Shown piece after piece: positions 54,282 through 63,916 of a DNA stretch of 64,000 nt. Position numbers and translations under genes: made by a program. The stretch is taken from the NCBI GenBank assembly GCA_001775055.1, contig MFBU01000007.1:1683-65682 (forward strand), given 5' to 3'. A model generated the notes under the pieces. That model saw only the letters and a program-made list of their open reading frames with translations, was not told the DNA's origin and ran no database searches. Numbering within the stretch: position 1 is the first letter of the stretch; every line of letters starts with the position of its first letter. Source of the DNA: Candidatus Curtissbacteria bacterium RIFCSPLOWO2_02_41_11 (GTDB lineage Bacteria > Patescibacteriota > Microgenomatia > Curtissbacterales > GWA2-41-24).

Positions 54282-54797
54282 ATGATTTTACCGCATAATC
54301 TCCGCAATATTTCCCGCAAACTCTTAAATTATCACCTTTGGTTAAGATTAACAGCAACTTTCACAATTTTTGGATTTTTGACAATTGTCATTACCAAATC
54401 CCATTATCAAACTTCACTGAAACAACCTATCTCAACAAAACCATTAACAAGTAAATCAGTCAACACTAATTCACATGTAATCTATGCCTCAAGGCTAATT
54501 AATGAATTTAGGAAAAGTCAAAACCCACAAAATCTAAACTTAGCCAGGGAAGAGTTAAAAATAGCCCTAACCGTAAGTCCCAAAAATACTTATGCCCTAA
54601 AGCAGCTTTTAATAGTCAATAAATTGGAAACTCCCAATATCCAAAAAGAAATCGCCAAAACCCAAGAAATACTCAAAACAAGGCCGGATTATAGCGCCGC
54701 TTGGCTAAGACTTAGCATTCTTTATGATCAACTCGGAGAAAAGGACTTGGCAAAAGAGGCAAAAGACAATGCCATAAAGTTTAATTCGAATTTGTAA
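54282..54797 (+). CDS. membrane-anchored TPR-like protein
   Basis: 171 aa; N-terminal TM, helical repeats. Confidence 0.3.
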   Translation: MILPHNLRNISRKLLNYHLWLRLTATFTIFGFLTIVITKSHYQTSLKQPISTKPLTSKSVNTNSHVIYASRLINEFRKSQNPQNLNLAREELKIALTVSPKNTYALKQLLIVNKLETPNIQKEIAKTQEILKTRPDYSAAWLRLSILYDQLGEKDLAKEAKDNAIKFNSNL

Positions 54798-55568
54798 TTA
54801 CGAGGCTTTTTCTTCCGTCTTTTGGTCTGGTAATTTTTCGGTAGGTTCTTTAGCTTGTTCTTCCTTGGTTTTGGCCTCGACTTCTCCCGCTTTAGCTTCT
54901 TCGGGAGGAACAGCTTCAGGGGTAGCTTCGGCAGCAGCTTCCGGCGCGGCTTCAGCCACGGCTTCGGCCTTTTCGGCTTCAATTTCTGCTTCAACTGCTT
55001 CCATTTCCTTGGTAACAAGTTCACCAATTTGGGTAACAACTAGTTCTTCATCTTGAAGAATTGCTATTTTCGCTCGGTCAACCTTAAGATCCTTAATCTT
55101 AATTTCGTCTCCGACATTTTCCAATTTTGAAACATCGACTTCGATTTTTTCCGGTAAATCGGCAGGCAGGGCTTCAACCTCGATTTCCGATACAGGGGTT
55201 AAAAGAAGACCAATTTTCTTTTCAACAGCAGGTGCTTCGCCAACAACCTCTAAAGGAACATTTACCTTGACTTTTTCTGCTAAGTTAACCTGATAAAAAT
55301 CGATGTGCAACGGTTCATCTGTAACTGGATGAACTTGAACATTACGAATTAAAACCGGCTTCTTTTGGCTATCAATTGCCAAATCAACAATACCGGTTTC
55401 GCCAGCTTTTTCAAAAACTTTGGCAAAGTCACCTACTTTAACTTGAATATGCTCGGTTTTGACTTTGTGACCAAAAACATGGGCCGGAATAAGGCCATCT
55501 TTGCGAAGGTTTTTAACTTTACGCCCTAAAATTGTCCTTTTCTGGGCAGTCAGCGGTATTTGTTCCAT
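54798..55568 (-). CDS. rplY: 50S ribosomal protein bL25 (Ctc form) with long Glu/Ala/Lys-rich C-terminal tail
   Basis: start at 'MEQIPLTAQKRTILGRK'; L25 fold region 'GLIPAHVFGHKV'; low-complexity acidic tail. Confidence 0.8.
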   Translation of the reverse strand: MEQIPLTAQKRTILGRKVKNLRKDGLIPAHVFGHKVKTEHIQVKVGDFAKVFEKAGETGIVDLAIDSQKKPVLIRNVQVHPVTDEPLHIDFYQVNLAEKVKVNVPLEVVGEAPAVEKKIGLLLTPVSEIEVEALPADLPEKIEVDVSKLENVGDEIKIKDLKVDRAKIAILQDEELVVTQIGELVTKEMEAVEAEIEAEKAEAVAEAAPEAAAEATPEAVPPEEAKAGEVEAKTKEEQAKEPTEKLPDQKTEEKAS

Positions 55569-55597
55569 GTTGAGAAATACTAACAAATAGCGCCTCC

Positions 55598-55632
55598 TTT
55601 GGTCAAGCTATCTGGGGTTGCTTGACTTCGAT
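55598..55632 (+). promoter_or_regulatory. promoter TTGACT-17-CATAAT for operon 55660-58601
   Basis: 'ttgacttcgatagtttctcaatcccataatgg'. Confidence 0.45.
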
Positions 55633-55659
55633 AGTTTCTCAATCCCATAATGGATGTAG

Positions 55660-56028
55660 ATGGATCAGCCTGCACCATCTATCAAAACGCGTATTGAAAA
55701 AGAAGTTTTAGATGTTATCATCGACGGTTTGAGAAGTGGAGATCTTTCAGTTGATAACGCCCGGGAAGTCGCTCACCAAACTCTCACAACTTTAGAGCGT
55801 ATCGAAAAGCACGAAGAGTCTCTTATTGACTTTTACAAAAACCTCGCCCAAAAATACCCAGTCTTCAGCTTATTGTATACTAGAATTAAGGATGAAATTG
55901 TCAAAGCAAAAGAGCTAGGTGCCCATCGGCAAGCCTTGGCTGCAATCGATGCCGGCAATATAGATGAAGCGCACAAAATTGCCAGCATGGCCATAAATCA
56001 GTCCGCCCATGAAGCAACTAACAATTGA
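55660..56028 (+). CDS. hypothetical protein (first of 3-gene operon)
   Basis: 122 aa, helical, no known domain. Confidence 0.3.
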   Translation: MDQPAPSIKTRIEKEVLDVIIDGLRSGDLSVDNAREVAHQTLTTLERIEKHEESLIDFYKNLAQKYPVFSLLYTRIKDEIVKAKELGAHRQALAAIDAGNIDEAHKIASMAINQSAHEATNN

Positions 56029-56455
56029 CCAAGTTCTTGAAGCTTTAGGTGACGAGCCGAAATCAATCGGCGACAGGCTCACCTCTCTTGGTTTTACAAA
56101 AGAAGAGATCAAGGATAAATTCTCTTCCGATGTTTTAAACACCGCAGTTTACGGTTCGAGTTTTCTCAAATTCATTCAGGATAATAAACAAATCCTAGCC
56201 GACCTCGATCGCGGCATCCCAGCAAAAGAATTACCAGCCGATTTCAAAAACCCTTTTGATGGTGAACAAAGGACTCTTGCCCAACGACTTGACGAACTTG
56301 GAATTAGTCAAAAAGAACTAAAGGGTTTGTTTGCCGACGATACTCTTGGACTAAATCTCAACGGCGAGGAATTCCAAGATTTTATTGTTCAAAATCAGGA
56401 TAAATTTTTAGGCAGACTTGGAAAACTGGCAATGAAAGGAACAAAACATGGCTGA
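56009..56455 (+). CDS. hypothetical protein (second of 3-gene operon)
   Basis: 148 aa, overlaps neighbours by 20 and 8 bp. Confidence 0.3.
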   Translation: MKQLTIDQVLEALGDEPKSIGDRLTSLGFTKEEIKDKFSSDVLNTAVYGSSFLKFIQDNKQILADLDRGIPAKELPADFKNPFDGEQRTLAQRLDELGISQKELKGLFADDTLGLNLNGEEFQDFIVQNQDKFLGRLGKLAMKGTKHG

Positions 56456-58601
56456 TGGACTACCACCTGGCGAAGGACCAGAGACTCCACCGCAAGTTGG
56501 ACCAGAAGCGCCTGGATCGCCTACGCCTCCAGTAGAACGACAGGAAACTTTTCAGCAACTTCAAGCTCGACTGGCAGCAGAGCGTACCGCAAAGGCCGCA
56601 CAGGAAAGAGGACCAGGAGAAGCCCTTGAAGAATTAGCGGAAGACGCTCCGTTAAAAGCCCCGCCAGCGGAAGGGGCTAAGGCAGAGGGACCAACCGAGG
56701 GAAATTTAACTCCAGAACAAATTGACGAGATTGCAAAGAGATTAAACGAGCCAAATGCGGATAGAACTTTAATACTGGGCGGTTTACCTGACAACCAACT
56801 AGAGGCAGTTATGAGTCGAGTAAAGGAATTAAGATATGGCCCTTCTCCAGAAATTCCACCTGCGATCCGTGTAGAACCGATGGACTTAAAAGCTGTAGAG
56901 GCTAGCGTGGCAGAAGCAAAAACTCGAAGACTCGCTAGAGAAGCAGCTGCCGGAGGTGCCACTGGCAAAGGACAAATACCCGAACCGGAAGCGGCGGCCG
57001 CTGGTGGCGCAGAAGCAGAGGGTGGCGGAGCAGCACCAGACGCAGCTGAAGCTCCAACGGAAGAACCAGTTGGTGGACCCGCAGCAGAAGCTGCAGCCGC
57101 CGGCGGTGAAGGGGCTGGAGGAACGCCTCCCACCGAAGTTGACGGACCTGAACCAGGAGCTGAAGAACCAGAAGGCCCTCGGCCGGGGCAACCCCCAGAG
57201 GAGGTTGGTGGAGTGGATCAACTAGGTCGACAAATTACTCAAGAAGCGACTAGGGAAGCTGCAAAACTGGAGAGGATCTCAAGAATGTCAGAGCCTCAAA
57301 GAGAACGGCAGCTAAATATACTCAATAGTACTTTAGACAGGATTATGCAAAGACAGGCATTGACGCTAGACCAGAATGAAATCGACGCTCTTGAAGTCTT
57401 AGCTGACAGAACAAGAAACGAGATTAATCTAATCGAATCGGCACCACCTCCAACCGAAGGCCCGACTCAAAGAAGAACAACCAGAGTGACTGCCGAACAA
57501 CTTGCTGAAGCAGACCGAAAGTTGAAGGCTAATCTTGAGGACTTAACTAATCTTTCCAAAAAGTCTGCGGAAGAGTTGGGGGTTGAACGTACTTCAGAGG
57601 AAGGCAAATTGGAAGCACTTAAAAGGATGCAGTCTGGTCCGCTCACCGCTGCTGAAAGTATGGCAGTTGAAACTCAGATCAGAGATTCGGAAGCAAGAGT
57701 AGATGCCATTGATAAGTTGAAGACCAAAAAAGAACCATTGGAGCAAAAGACAAAAGAGGAGACAGAAGCTAAACTGCGGGCAACCGAGCTTCAGGAGCTG
57801 CAGGGCAAAGTTGGTCCGGTGGCTGAAATACAAGGAATCGTAGATGCTCATCAAGGGCAAGTTAATAATTTAAAGGCCGAACTAAAGAAAAATGCCCAGG
57901 AGCTAGCGGAAGAGACTGACGAGGCAGCTATCGAAAGGCTTAAAAATGATCGTCGGGATTTGGAGAAAAGATTAGTAGAAGTCGGGAATAGACTAGTAAG
58001 TGAAAAAGAGGCGCTAGCAGTAGCGCAAAAGAGAGAACGCGAAGAAAAGGGGCTTGAGCAGATGGCTACACCAGAAACTGTCAGTATAATGTCGGTTGAA
58101 GAATTTAATAAGTTATCACCGGCGGAACAAACTAAATATTTTATAGAACTTGGTAACGCTTTCCAAAAGCCAATTGGAACTGAATATACAGCAATTAAAA
58201 TAAAGCTGATAAACGGACAGAACTTAAGCTTCAAAGAGGCAGGGCAATTAGTCAGAGAACTGAGTGAATCGTTATTAGACAAAGCTAAGGTTAAGGAAGC
58301 TGCCAAGATTCTAAAACAGGCTGGTAATTATTCGACTGAACTTGCCCAGGCTGTTTTGGATCGAGTAACGGCAAGGGAAGATTTCCAAAAGGCTTTAAGC
58401 GAAAAATATCCAAATGATTGGCAGAGAATATTGCGCTTTGCAAAAAAACATAGCGGTTGGTTGATGATTCTGTTGTTGATCATTGCAGCGGGTGCAGCAA
58501 CTGCAGGAGCAGCTGTAGCGCCTCTGGCTGGTGCGGGTGTAGGCGTGGTAGGAACGGGCGCAGGTGCTGGTGGTGTATTCGGACTAGGTAGAAGGGTGTA
58601 G
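56448..58601 (+). CDS. 717-aa Pro/Ala/Glu-rich coiled-coil protein with C-terminal Gly/Ala-rich tail anchor
   Basis: N-terminal PxxP-rich segment, >400 aa of predicted coiled coil, single C-terminal TM 'WLMILLLIIAAGAATAGAAVAPLAGAGVGVV'; locally GC-rich. Confidence 0.4.
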   Translation: MADGLPPGEGPETPPQVGPEAPGSPTPPVERQETFQQLQARLAAERTAKAAQERGPGEALEELAEDAPLKAPPAEGAKAEGPTEGNLTPEQIDEIAKRLNEPNADRTLILGGLPDNQLEAVMSRVKELRYGPSPEIPPAIRVEPMDLKAVEASVAEAKTRRLAREAAAGGATGKGQIPEPEAAAAGGAEAEGGGAAPDAAEAPTEEPVGGPAAEAAAAGGEGAGGTPPTEVDGPEPGAEEPEGPRPGQPPEEVGGVDQLGRQITQEATREAAKLERISRMSEPQRERQLNILNSTLDRIMQRQALTLDQNEIDALEVLADRTRNEINLIESAPPPTEGPTQRRTTRVTAEQLAEADRKLKANLEDLTNLSKKSAEELGVERTSEEGKLEALKRMQSGPLTAAESMAVETQIRDSEARVDAIDKLKTKKEPLEQKTKEETEAKLRATELQELQGKVGPVAEIQGIVDAHQGQVNNLKAELKKNAQELAEETDEAAIERLKNDRRDLEKRLVEVGNRLVSEKEALAVAQKREREEKGLEQMATPETVSIMSVEEFNKLSPAEQTKYFIELGNAFQKPIGTEYTAIKIKLINGQNLSFKEAGQLVRELSESLLDKAKVKEAAKILKQAGNYSTELAQAVLDRVTAREDFQKALSEKYPNDWQRILRFAKKHSGWLMILLLIIAAGAATAGAAVAPLAGAGVGVVGTGAGAGGVFGLGRRV

Positions 58602-58616
58602 TAATTATTTTTAGAT

Positions 58617-61535
58617 TTACCTCTTGGCAACTTCAATTTCAAACTGCCTATCTGTTGCTAAGTCTGTTTGCAGGAGCAAATTTTGTTTGCCCTCCTGCTC
58701 ATCGCTTCCGTTAACCGATTTGACGGTTAGATAAGCGGGTAAATTGAATTTAAATTCAAAAGGGTCTTTTTCGGTTCCTGCTTGCTTTTGAACATACAAA
58801 TGGTAATAAGGCGCTTTTTCAAGTTTGATATTTTTGGGAATTCGATAGCTAAAAACAACCTCGCGTGTTGATTTTATCGGCACTTCAACCATCGTCGAAA
58901 AAACCGTTAAATTACCTTGCGTCGTAACCTCAACCTCCCCAACATCTTTTTTGTCGGCATTCTGGTATTCAAAAAGACTAGCGCCAAGTGGTACATAAAC
59001 TCGCAAAAAATTGACATATTTGCCTGCAGGCCAAGTGTCGGCTTGACTCTTATTAGTGTAAGTAATTGTCAGCTTTGCGACCAAATCGGCATCTCGACCA
59101 ATGGTTACATCATAGGCAATTTTCCTTTCCAAAAATCGGTTAACCTTATTTGCTCCAAGATTAGCCTCAACCAGTGCTAAAAAATCACGAGATTCGACAG
59201 AATCATCAGCGGGATTAAAAGAAGCAGGCGGCAGGGGAAAATCCCAACCGCCAGAGCGTACAAATGAGGATAAAATCGGGCTGTCAAAAGTTAGCATCAG
59301 ATCTTTCCGGGCCAAAGCATCGCTGCCAACCTCAAGAAGCGCCAGCCAAGGTACGACTCCTGAGTTTTTTTTAGCTGATTGGTTAAAACTGTCAATAATT
59401 TGCGAAATAATTGCTCGACTCAAAGCCCCAAAGAAATCCTTTTTTTGGGTTGAACCAGGAAATGAACCAATTTCGCTGTAGTATTCGCCGCGCTCGAAAA
59501 GATTTTGGGCGCTAATTTCCTCGCCATAATCTGTTAGTTTAACAGGCCCCATTTTAGCCAAAACATTTTGGATAGAGTTCAAATTTATGGCAATTACCCC
59601 ATCAACATTTTTGCCGGTTTCTTTTTTATAAAAATCACGGGCAGTGGCGGCATTTATCTCAAAATCTCCGCTCCAGTTGGAATCGCGAAGGTAAAAGCGC
59701 TCAATACCAAGAGTTTTTAAAAGCTGTGCCGGTGGCTCGATTTCCTCCTGAAGCTGACCGTCAATTGTATAAATATCTTCAACACTGATTCCCTTAAGGT
59801 GACTATTCTCAAACTCGATAAGCCCAAAATTGCCGATAAAACCGCCACCTGGGCGAAGTTCGCTGTTATTCTGAAGAAGAACTAAATAGGTCCTTGGTTT
59901 ACCATTGCCGCTAAAATCACCAACTAAGTTCACTAAGTCCAAAGCAGATTGCGAAAGACTATTAAGCGAAAGCATTGCGCTTTGGGAAGCAGCAATCTTT
60001 GATTTAAAAATCCCGCCTTCTTGTGCAAGGTTTAATAACCCACCAGCCCAAGAAGATAAAAAGTATGCTCGCCTAAAATCGACAGCAGGCGTTTCCAAAT
60101 CAAGTCCCTCTGTCTTGCCGTCTTTTGATGTAATTACCTCTAGATCTTTAACCAACCCCCGACTGCCCCTGACAAAATAATTAACCGAATCTGCACCGAC
60201 AGCCATTCCTGAAAGTGCCAAATTAATGCTTTGGTATTTTGAGGGGAATATTAAAGAAACAGGAAAAAGCAGAATTTTAGTTTGCCCCGCTGCACTATTA
60301 AAGGATTTTAAGGCAACTTTGGCTTCTACCTCTGCTTCCTGAAGATTACCTAAAACAAGCGCTTTTTGGGCATTTTTAAGACTGGTTGCTCCCCGATATA
60401 AATCAAACCCGTCTTTAACCAAAGTTAAGAACAAAATAGCCAAAATAAAAAACAGGCCAGTTTTTAGACGCGCTTTAAAAGCAGCCTTCGGCAACTTGGC
60501 GGTCAAACGGCTGATTCGATCTTTGATCTTACTATCCCTTTTTAGATCAGCTATTTCATCCAGCCTGCTAGCTGAAATTGTCTGGCTGTCGGCAGGTTCC
60601 CTAGCCGGTAGATGGCTACCAGGTCTAAAATAAGCCTTAGGTTGAGATTCTAAATTTTGATTTGCGAAATATTCAAAAGTTTGCTTTAAGCCTTCCGCAA
60701 GGTGAACTTTTGGCGAAAAACCAAGATCACCTGTTGCTATAGTAGGTTCTACTTCTACTCTATGTTGCGGCTCACTTCCGGCAAAAAAAAGTGCCAGTTC
60801 TTTGCCTAAAATTAACCTCGCCGCATTTTGAATTTCATAGGCAACCGAAAGAGCGGTTTTTGGAGCCTCCGAAACAATAACACGAATATATTCCTCTTGA
60901 TGCTGGGCTTCTTCAAAGACAAATTTATCAATAGCCAAGGTCACATCCGCAATATAGGTTGGATAAATCATCTGCAGGCCTTCCTTTTCCAAGATTACTT
61001 TATCGTCTGTCATAGCTTGAACAATTAGATCAGCAAGCCTATTTGGAGCTTGAGGTGTTTTTGCAGCCTCAAGCGGCATGGCCGGTCCGTAAATATCTCC
61101 TACAAGATAAAGCTTCAAAAATTTTCTTAAGTCTTGACCCTGGGCCAAATACTCATAAATTTGCTCATCAATGGTAATTGGCGCCATTACCAAAACCCTC
61201 GATCTACCATCTCTGGCAAGAGAAACAATGTTATTCGTAGCCAAAGGCAAATTGGGCAAAGTGGAAAACTGCCTCTTAAAATTGCCAAATAAGAGATCTG
61301 GATAAAAAACCAAATCAAAATTTGGTAAATAATCAGGCAAGGGCTGGTTTAAATTAAACTCCAGAAGTGTAAAATCATGATCTTTCAAAAGCTCTTTGAA
61401 AAAAGGCGGATTGCCAACTGCATAAACTAAACAATTTCGCGAAAGCAAGAATTTAGCAAGCGAGGCGCCTAAAAAAGAATCAACATGGGTGATTAAGACG
61501 GTTGGTCTGTTATTATTTTGGGCAGATTGATCCAT
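58617..61535 (-). CDS. 972-aa membrane protein: N-terminal degenerate SDR/epimerase-like cytoplasmic domain, one TM, extracytoplasmic DUF4012-like domain
   Basis: 'VLITHVDSFLGASLAKFL' Rossmann-like start without intact GxxGxxG; TM 'LFFILAILFLTLV'; 'YLVLLQNNSELRPGGGFIGNFG' DUF4012 hallmark. Confidence 0.5.
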   Translation of the reverse strand: MDQSAQNNNRPTVLITHVDSFLGASLAKFLLSRNCLVYAVGNPPFFKELLKDHDFTLLEFNLNQPLPDYLPNFDLVFYPDLLFGNFKRQFSTLPNLPLATNNIVSLARDGRSRVLVMAPITIDEQIYEYLAQGQDLRKFLKLYLVGDIYGPAMPLEAAKTPQAPNRLADLIVQAMTDDKVILEKEGLQMIYPTYIADVTLAIDKFVFEEAQHQEEYIRVIVSEAPKTALSVAYEIQNAARLILGKELALFFAGSEPQHRVEVEPTIATGDLGFSPKVHLAEGLKQTFEYFANQNLESQPKAYFRPGSHLPAREPADSQTISASRLDEIADLKRDSKIKDRISRLTAKLPKAAFKARLKTGLFFILAILFLTLVKDGFDLYRGATSLKNAQKALVLGNLQEAEVEAKVALKSFNSAAGQTKILLFPVSLIFPSKYQSINLALSGMAVGADSVNYFVRGSRGLVKDLEVITSKDGKTEGLDLETPAVDFRRAYFLSSWAGGLLNLAQEGGIFKSKIAASQSAMLSLNSLSQSALDLVNLVGDFSGNGKPRTYLVLLQNNSELRPGGGFIGNFGLIEFENSHLKGISVEDIYTIDGQLQEEIEPPAQLLKTLGIERFYLRDSNWSGDFEINAATARDFYKKETGKNVDGVIAINLNSIQNVLAKMGPVKLTDYGEEISAQNLFERGEYYSEIGSFPGSTQKKDFFGALSRAIISQIIDSFNQSAKKNSGVVPWLALLEVGSDALARKDLMLTFDSPILSSFVRSGGWDFPLPPASFNPADDSVESRDFLALVEANLGANKVNRFLERKIAYDVTIGRDADLVAKLTITYTNKSQADTWPAGKYVNFLRVYVPLGASLFEYQNADKKDVGEVEVTTQGNLTVFSTMVEVPIKSTREVVFSYRIPKNIKLEKAPYYHLYVQKQAGTEKDPFEFKFNLPAYLTVKSVNGSDEQEGKQNLLLQTDLATDRQFEIEVAKR

Positions 61536-61537
61536 AG

Positions 61538-62104
61538 TTAAACTTTAAAATAAACCTTAAGTCCGACTACCAGGATCCCGAAGATAAAACCCAAGCTTCC
61601 CCCAAAAACGCCCAAAATTTTTTTGTTCGGTGAGGAAAAATAGCTTGGCTGGGCTTTACCGATAGGCTTTATCTGAAGAGCCGGATCGTAACCGGCAAGA
61701 TTTACCAGCTTGGCGTTAAAACTTTGGCTGATTTTCTCAATTGCATCATTTGCCTCTTGGGGATCTTTAGCCACAACCGTCAGTCTTAAAACTTGAGGAG
61801 CTACTTTGCGTACGGATAAGCTTACCGGTAAAATACCGACTTCAGAGATAAAATCAGCACTTTCTAAAATAGCCACCGCCGTATCGGTAAAATCGCGCGC
61901 CTTCTGTTGGACATAATAGCCCTCATAATCATAATTTGTTTGGGGAGTAGTCTTCTCGCTTGCAATATAAAATAAGCGAGTTTGGCTGTAGCCTGACGGC
62001 AGTTTGTAGGTAATCATAAGCGCCAGAACCACCCCTAAAACCACCAAAAGCAATAAAACGCCAATATTTTTTTTAAAAATTTTAATATATTCTTTAAACT
62101 CCAT
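61538..62104 (-). CDS. Wzz/YveK-like polysaccharide chain-length determinant family protein (short)
   Basis: 188 aa; N-terminal TM after 'IKIFKKNIG', periplasmic domain, C-terminal TM. Confidence 0.45.
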   Translation of the reverse strand: MEFKEYIKIFKKNIGVLLLLVVLGVVLALMITYKLPSGYSQTRLFYIASEKTTPQTNYDYEGYYVQQKARDFTDTAVAILESADFISEVGILPVSLSVRKVAPQVLRLTVVAKDPQEANDAIEKISQSFNAKLVNLAGYDPALQIKPIGKAQPSYFSSPNKKILGVFGGSLGFIFGILVVGLKVYFKV

Positions 62105-62106
62105 AA

Positions 62107-62511
62107 TTAATTTCCAAGTTGTCCATCAAGCGCCAGATTAACTAGTCTGTCAGCCTGCTTGTTTTTTTCTCTTGGTATGTGTTTGTAATTAACTTGTCCA
62201 AAATTAGACTCAAGAGTTCTAATCTTAAATACAAGATCCCGAATATTTGAATTTTTAACTTTATAAATTCCTGAAAGCTGGGAAACTACCAGCTCTGAGT
62301 CCAAATAAAATGTTAAGTTGACTTTTGGATAACTTGACTCAAGCAAAATTAAAGCCTCGATGACGGCAGTATACTCGGCCACATTATTTGTTGCAATCCC
62401 GATATAACCATTACCGCTTTTGACAATCTGGCCGTCTTTTTTAACAACATATCCGAAAGCCGCCGGCCCCGGATTACCACGGGCACCTCCGTCTGCGAAG
62501 ACCTCTATCAT
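62107..62511 (-). CDS. rnhA: ribonuclease HI
   Basis: 134 aa; 'VFADGGARGNPGPAAFGYV', 'TNNVAEYTAVIEAL', 'YLDSELVV' catalytic DEDD context. Confidence 0.75.
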   Translation of the reverse strand: MIEVFADGGARGNPGPAAFGYVVKKDGQIVKSGNGYIGIATNNVAEYTAVIEALILLESSYPKVNLTFYLDSELVVSQLSGIYKVKNSNIRDLVFKIRTLESNFGQVNYKHIPREKNKQADRLVNLALDGQLGN

Positions 62512-62580
62512 AATTTCATTTATTTACCATTTTCCAATTTCCATTTATTGAACAATTGGTCAATCACTCAATTGAAAAAT

Positions 62581-63840
62581 TCACGTTGGTTCACTTTGGT
62601 AATTTTTAGTGTAATGGATTGCCATAAACAACAGAAAAGTAATCAGCGCTTCTGATACAACGGTAATGGTAGCTGCAGCCAAATAACCGTAAATTGGAAT
62701 AAAAATTAAGTTGGCGATTAAGTTAATAACGGCACCAACTCCATAAATGTAAATTAAAAGTTTTTGCTTGCCGTAAATAATCAAAAGATGCCAAAACAGG
62801 GCACTAATAAAGAAAAATGGAATCCCGATTGCCAGAATCTGAAGAGCCAAAACCGAACCGCCAAAGCGCTTATCATAAATAAACGGAATAAAATACGAAA
62901 TGGCAATAAGTGCAATTACCAAAAGTAGGGAAACCGCCGTCAAAATTTTTAGCCAAGAGACGACCTGTTTTTTAAATTCGGCAAGGTTTACCTGATAAAT
63001 CCCATTTAATATCGGATAAAGGGCATTGGCAAAGAAAATCGGAATCGAAAGTGATGCCTCAAAAAATTGGTAAGCCAAACCGTATAAACCTACTTCCTCA
63101 CTTGAGCGCCAATTGGCAAGTATCAAAACATCTATTCGAAAATATAAAAGATTAAAAATCAAAGCGACCCCGATTGGCCAAGAGTGGGAAAGCAATTTTA
63201 AGGATCTTTGTTTTGAAAAAACAGGCAAAATAATCTTCCCGAGCTTTTTAAAAATTAAAAAATAGGCCATAGCAATGAAAGTTATTCCACCAAGCACGTA
63301 GGCAACAACATAACCAAGAAATGGACCATTGGAAAAAGTGACAAAGGCAGAACCGCTAAGAATAACCACTGATCCAAAAAAAACGGCCACGGTTGAAAAG
63401 TCATAGCGCAGGATTTTTTGAAAATAGGCATTGGCAGTCGTCAGTAAAGCTTGGGTTACGATGGTCGCCGAAGCAATGATAATTCCAACTTTAACGAGTG
63501 GACTAAAGCCGATACCGGTTTGAGGGTTAAAAGGTAATATAAAACTTATCAATATGGCCAGTATGGCAAAGCTAAAAGCCAGTATGATTCGCAAACCGAT
63601 TAAGGATTTCAAAAGACCCGGCAGATTTTCTTCTTTGGCAAACTTAACAAAAATCGTGTTTAAGCCAAAATCAACAAAGGTGTAAAAATAGCCCACAAAC
63701 ACAAAAATTTTGGTGAATTGACCAAAGCCCGCCGGCCCAAGAGAGCGCCCGATCAAAACGGTTACCAAAAGAGTAGTTGAAGCGGAAATGACCTTGCCGA
63801 CAATCTGCGAGCCGGTATTGTAGAGAACTTTTTTAAACAC
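62581..63840 (-). CDS. polysaccharide biosynthesis / oligosaccharide flippase (Wzx-like, MOP superfamily)
   Basis: 419 aa, ~12 TM, N-terminal 'KVISASTTLLVTVLIGRSLGPAGFG' typical of Wzx-like flippases. Confidence 0.6.
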   Translation of the reverse strand: MFKKVLYNTGSQIVGKVISASTTLLVTVLIGRSLGPAGFGQFTKIFVFVGYFYTFVDFGLNTIFVKFAKEENLPGLLKSLIGLRIILAFSFAILAILISFILPFNPQTGIGFSPLVKVGIIIASATIVTQALLTTANAYFQKILRYDFSTVAVFFGSVVILSGSAFVTFSNGPFLGYVVAYVLGGITFIAMAYFLIFKKLGKIILPVFSKQRSLKLLSHSWPIGVALIFNLLYFRIDVLILANWRSSEEVGLYGLAYQFFEASLSIPIFFANALYPILNGIYQVNLAEFKKQVVSWLKILTAVSLLLVIALIAISYFIPFIYDKRFGGSVLALQILAIGIPFFFISALFWHLLIIYGKQKLLIYIYGVGAVINLIANLIFIPIYGYLAAATITVVSEALITFLLFMAIHYTKNYQSEPT

Positions 63841-63887
63841 TTTCCCGTTAAATATAGCAGCTTGGGCTTAGTTTTGGAAACTTATAA

Positions 63888-63916
63888 ATTTTGACTAGTC
63901 GTGCTTTAAGTTATAT
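63888..63916 (+). promoter_or_regulatory. promoter TTGACT-17-TATAAT for a gene starting near 63940 and running off the window
   Basis: 'ttgactagtcgtgctttaagttatataat'. Confidence 0.4.

Noticed and set aside
54728-55039. 103-aa Lys-rich ORF on minus strand
   Set aside because: It is the antisense/alternate-frame reading of the low-complexity acidic tail of bL25 and overlaps the neighbouring TPR gene. Compositional artefact.
56561-57225. Minus-strand ORFs 56561-57133, 56886-57221 and plus-strand 56956-57225
   Set aside because: These are shadow ORFs inside the GC-rich, low-complexity region of the 717-aa coiled-coil gene. Their Ala/Pro/Ser-rich products are typical antisense artefacts.
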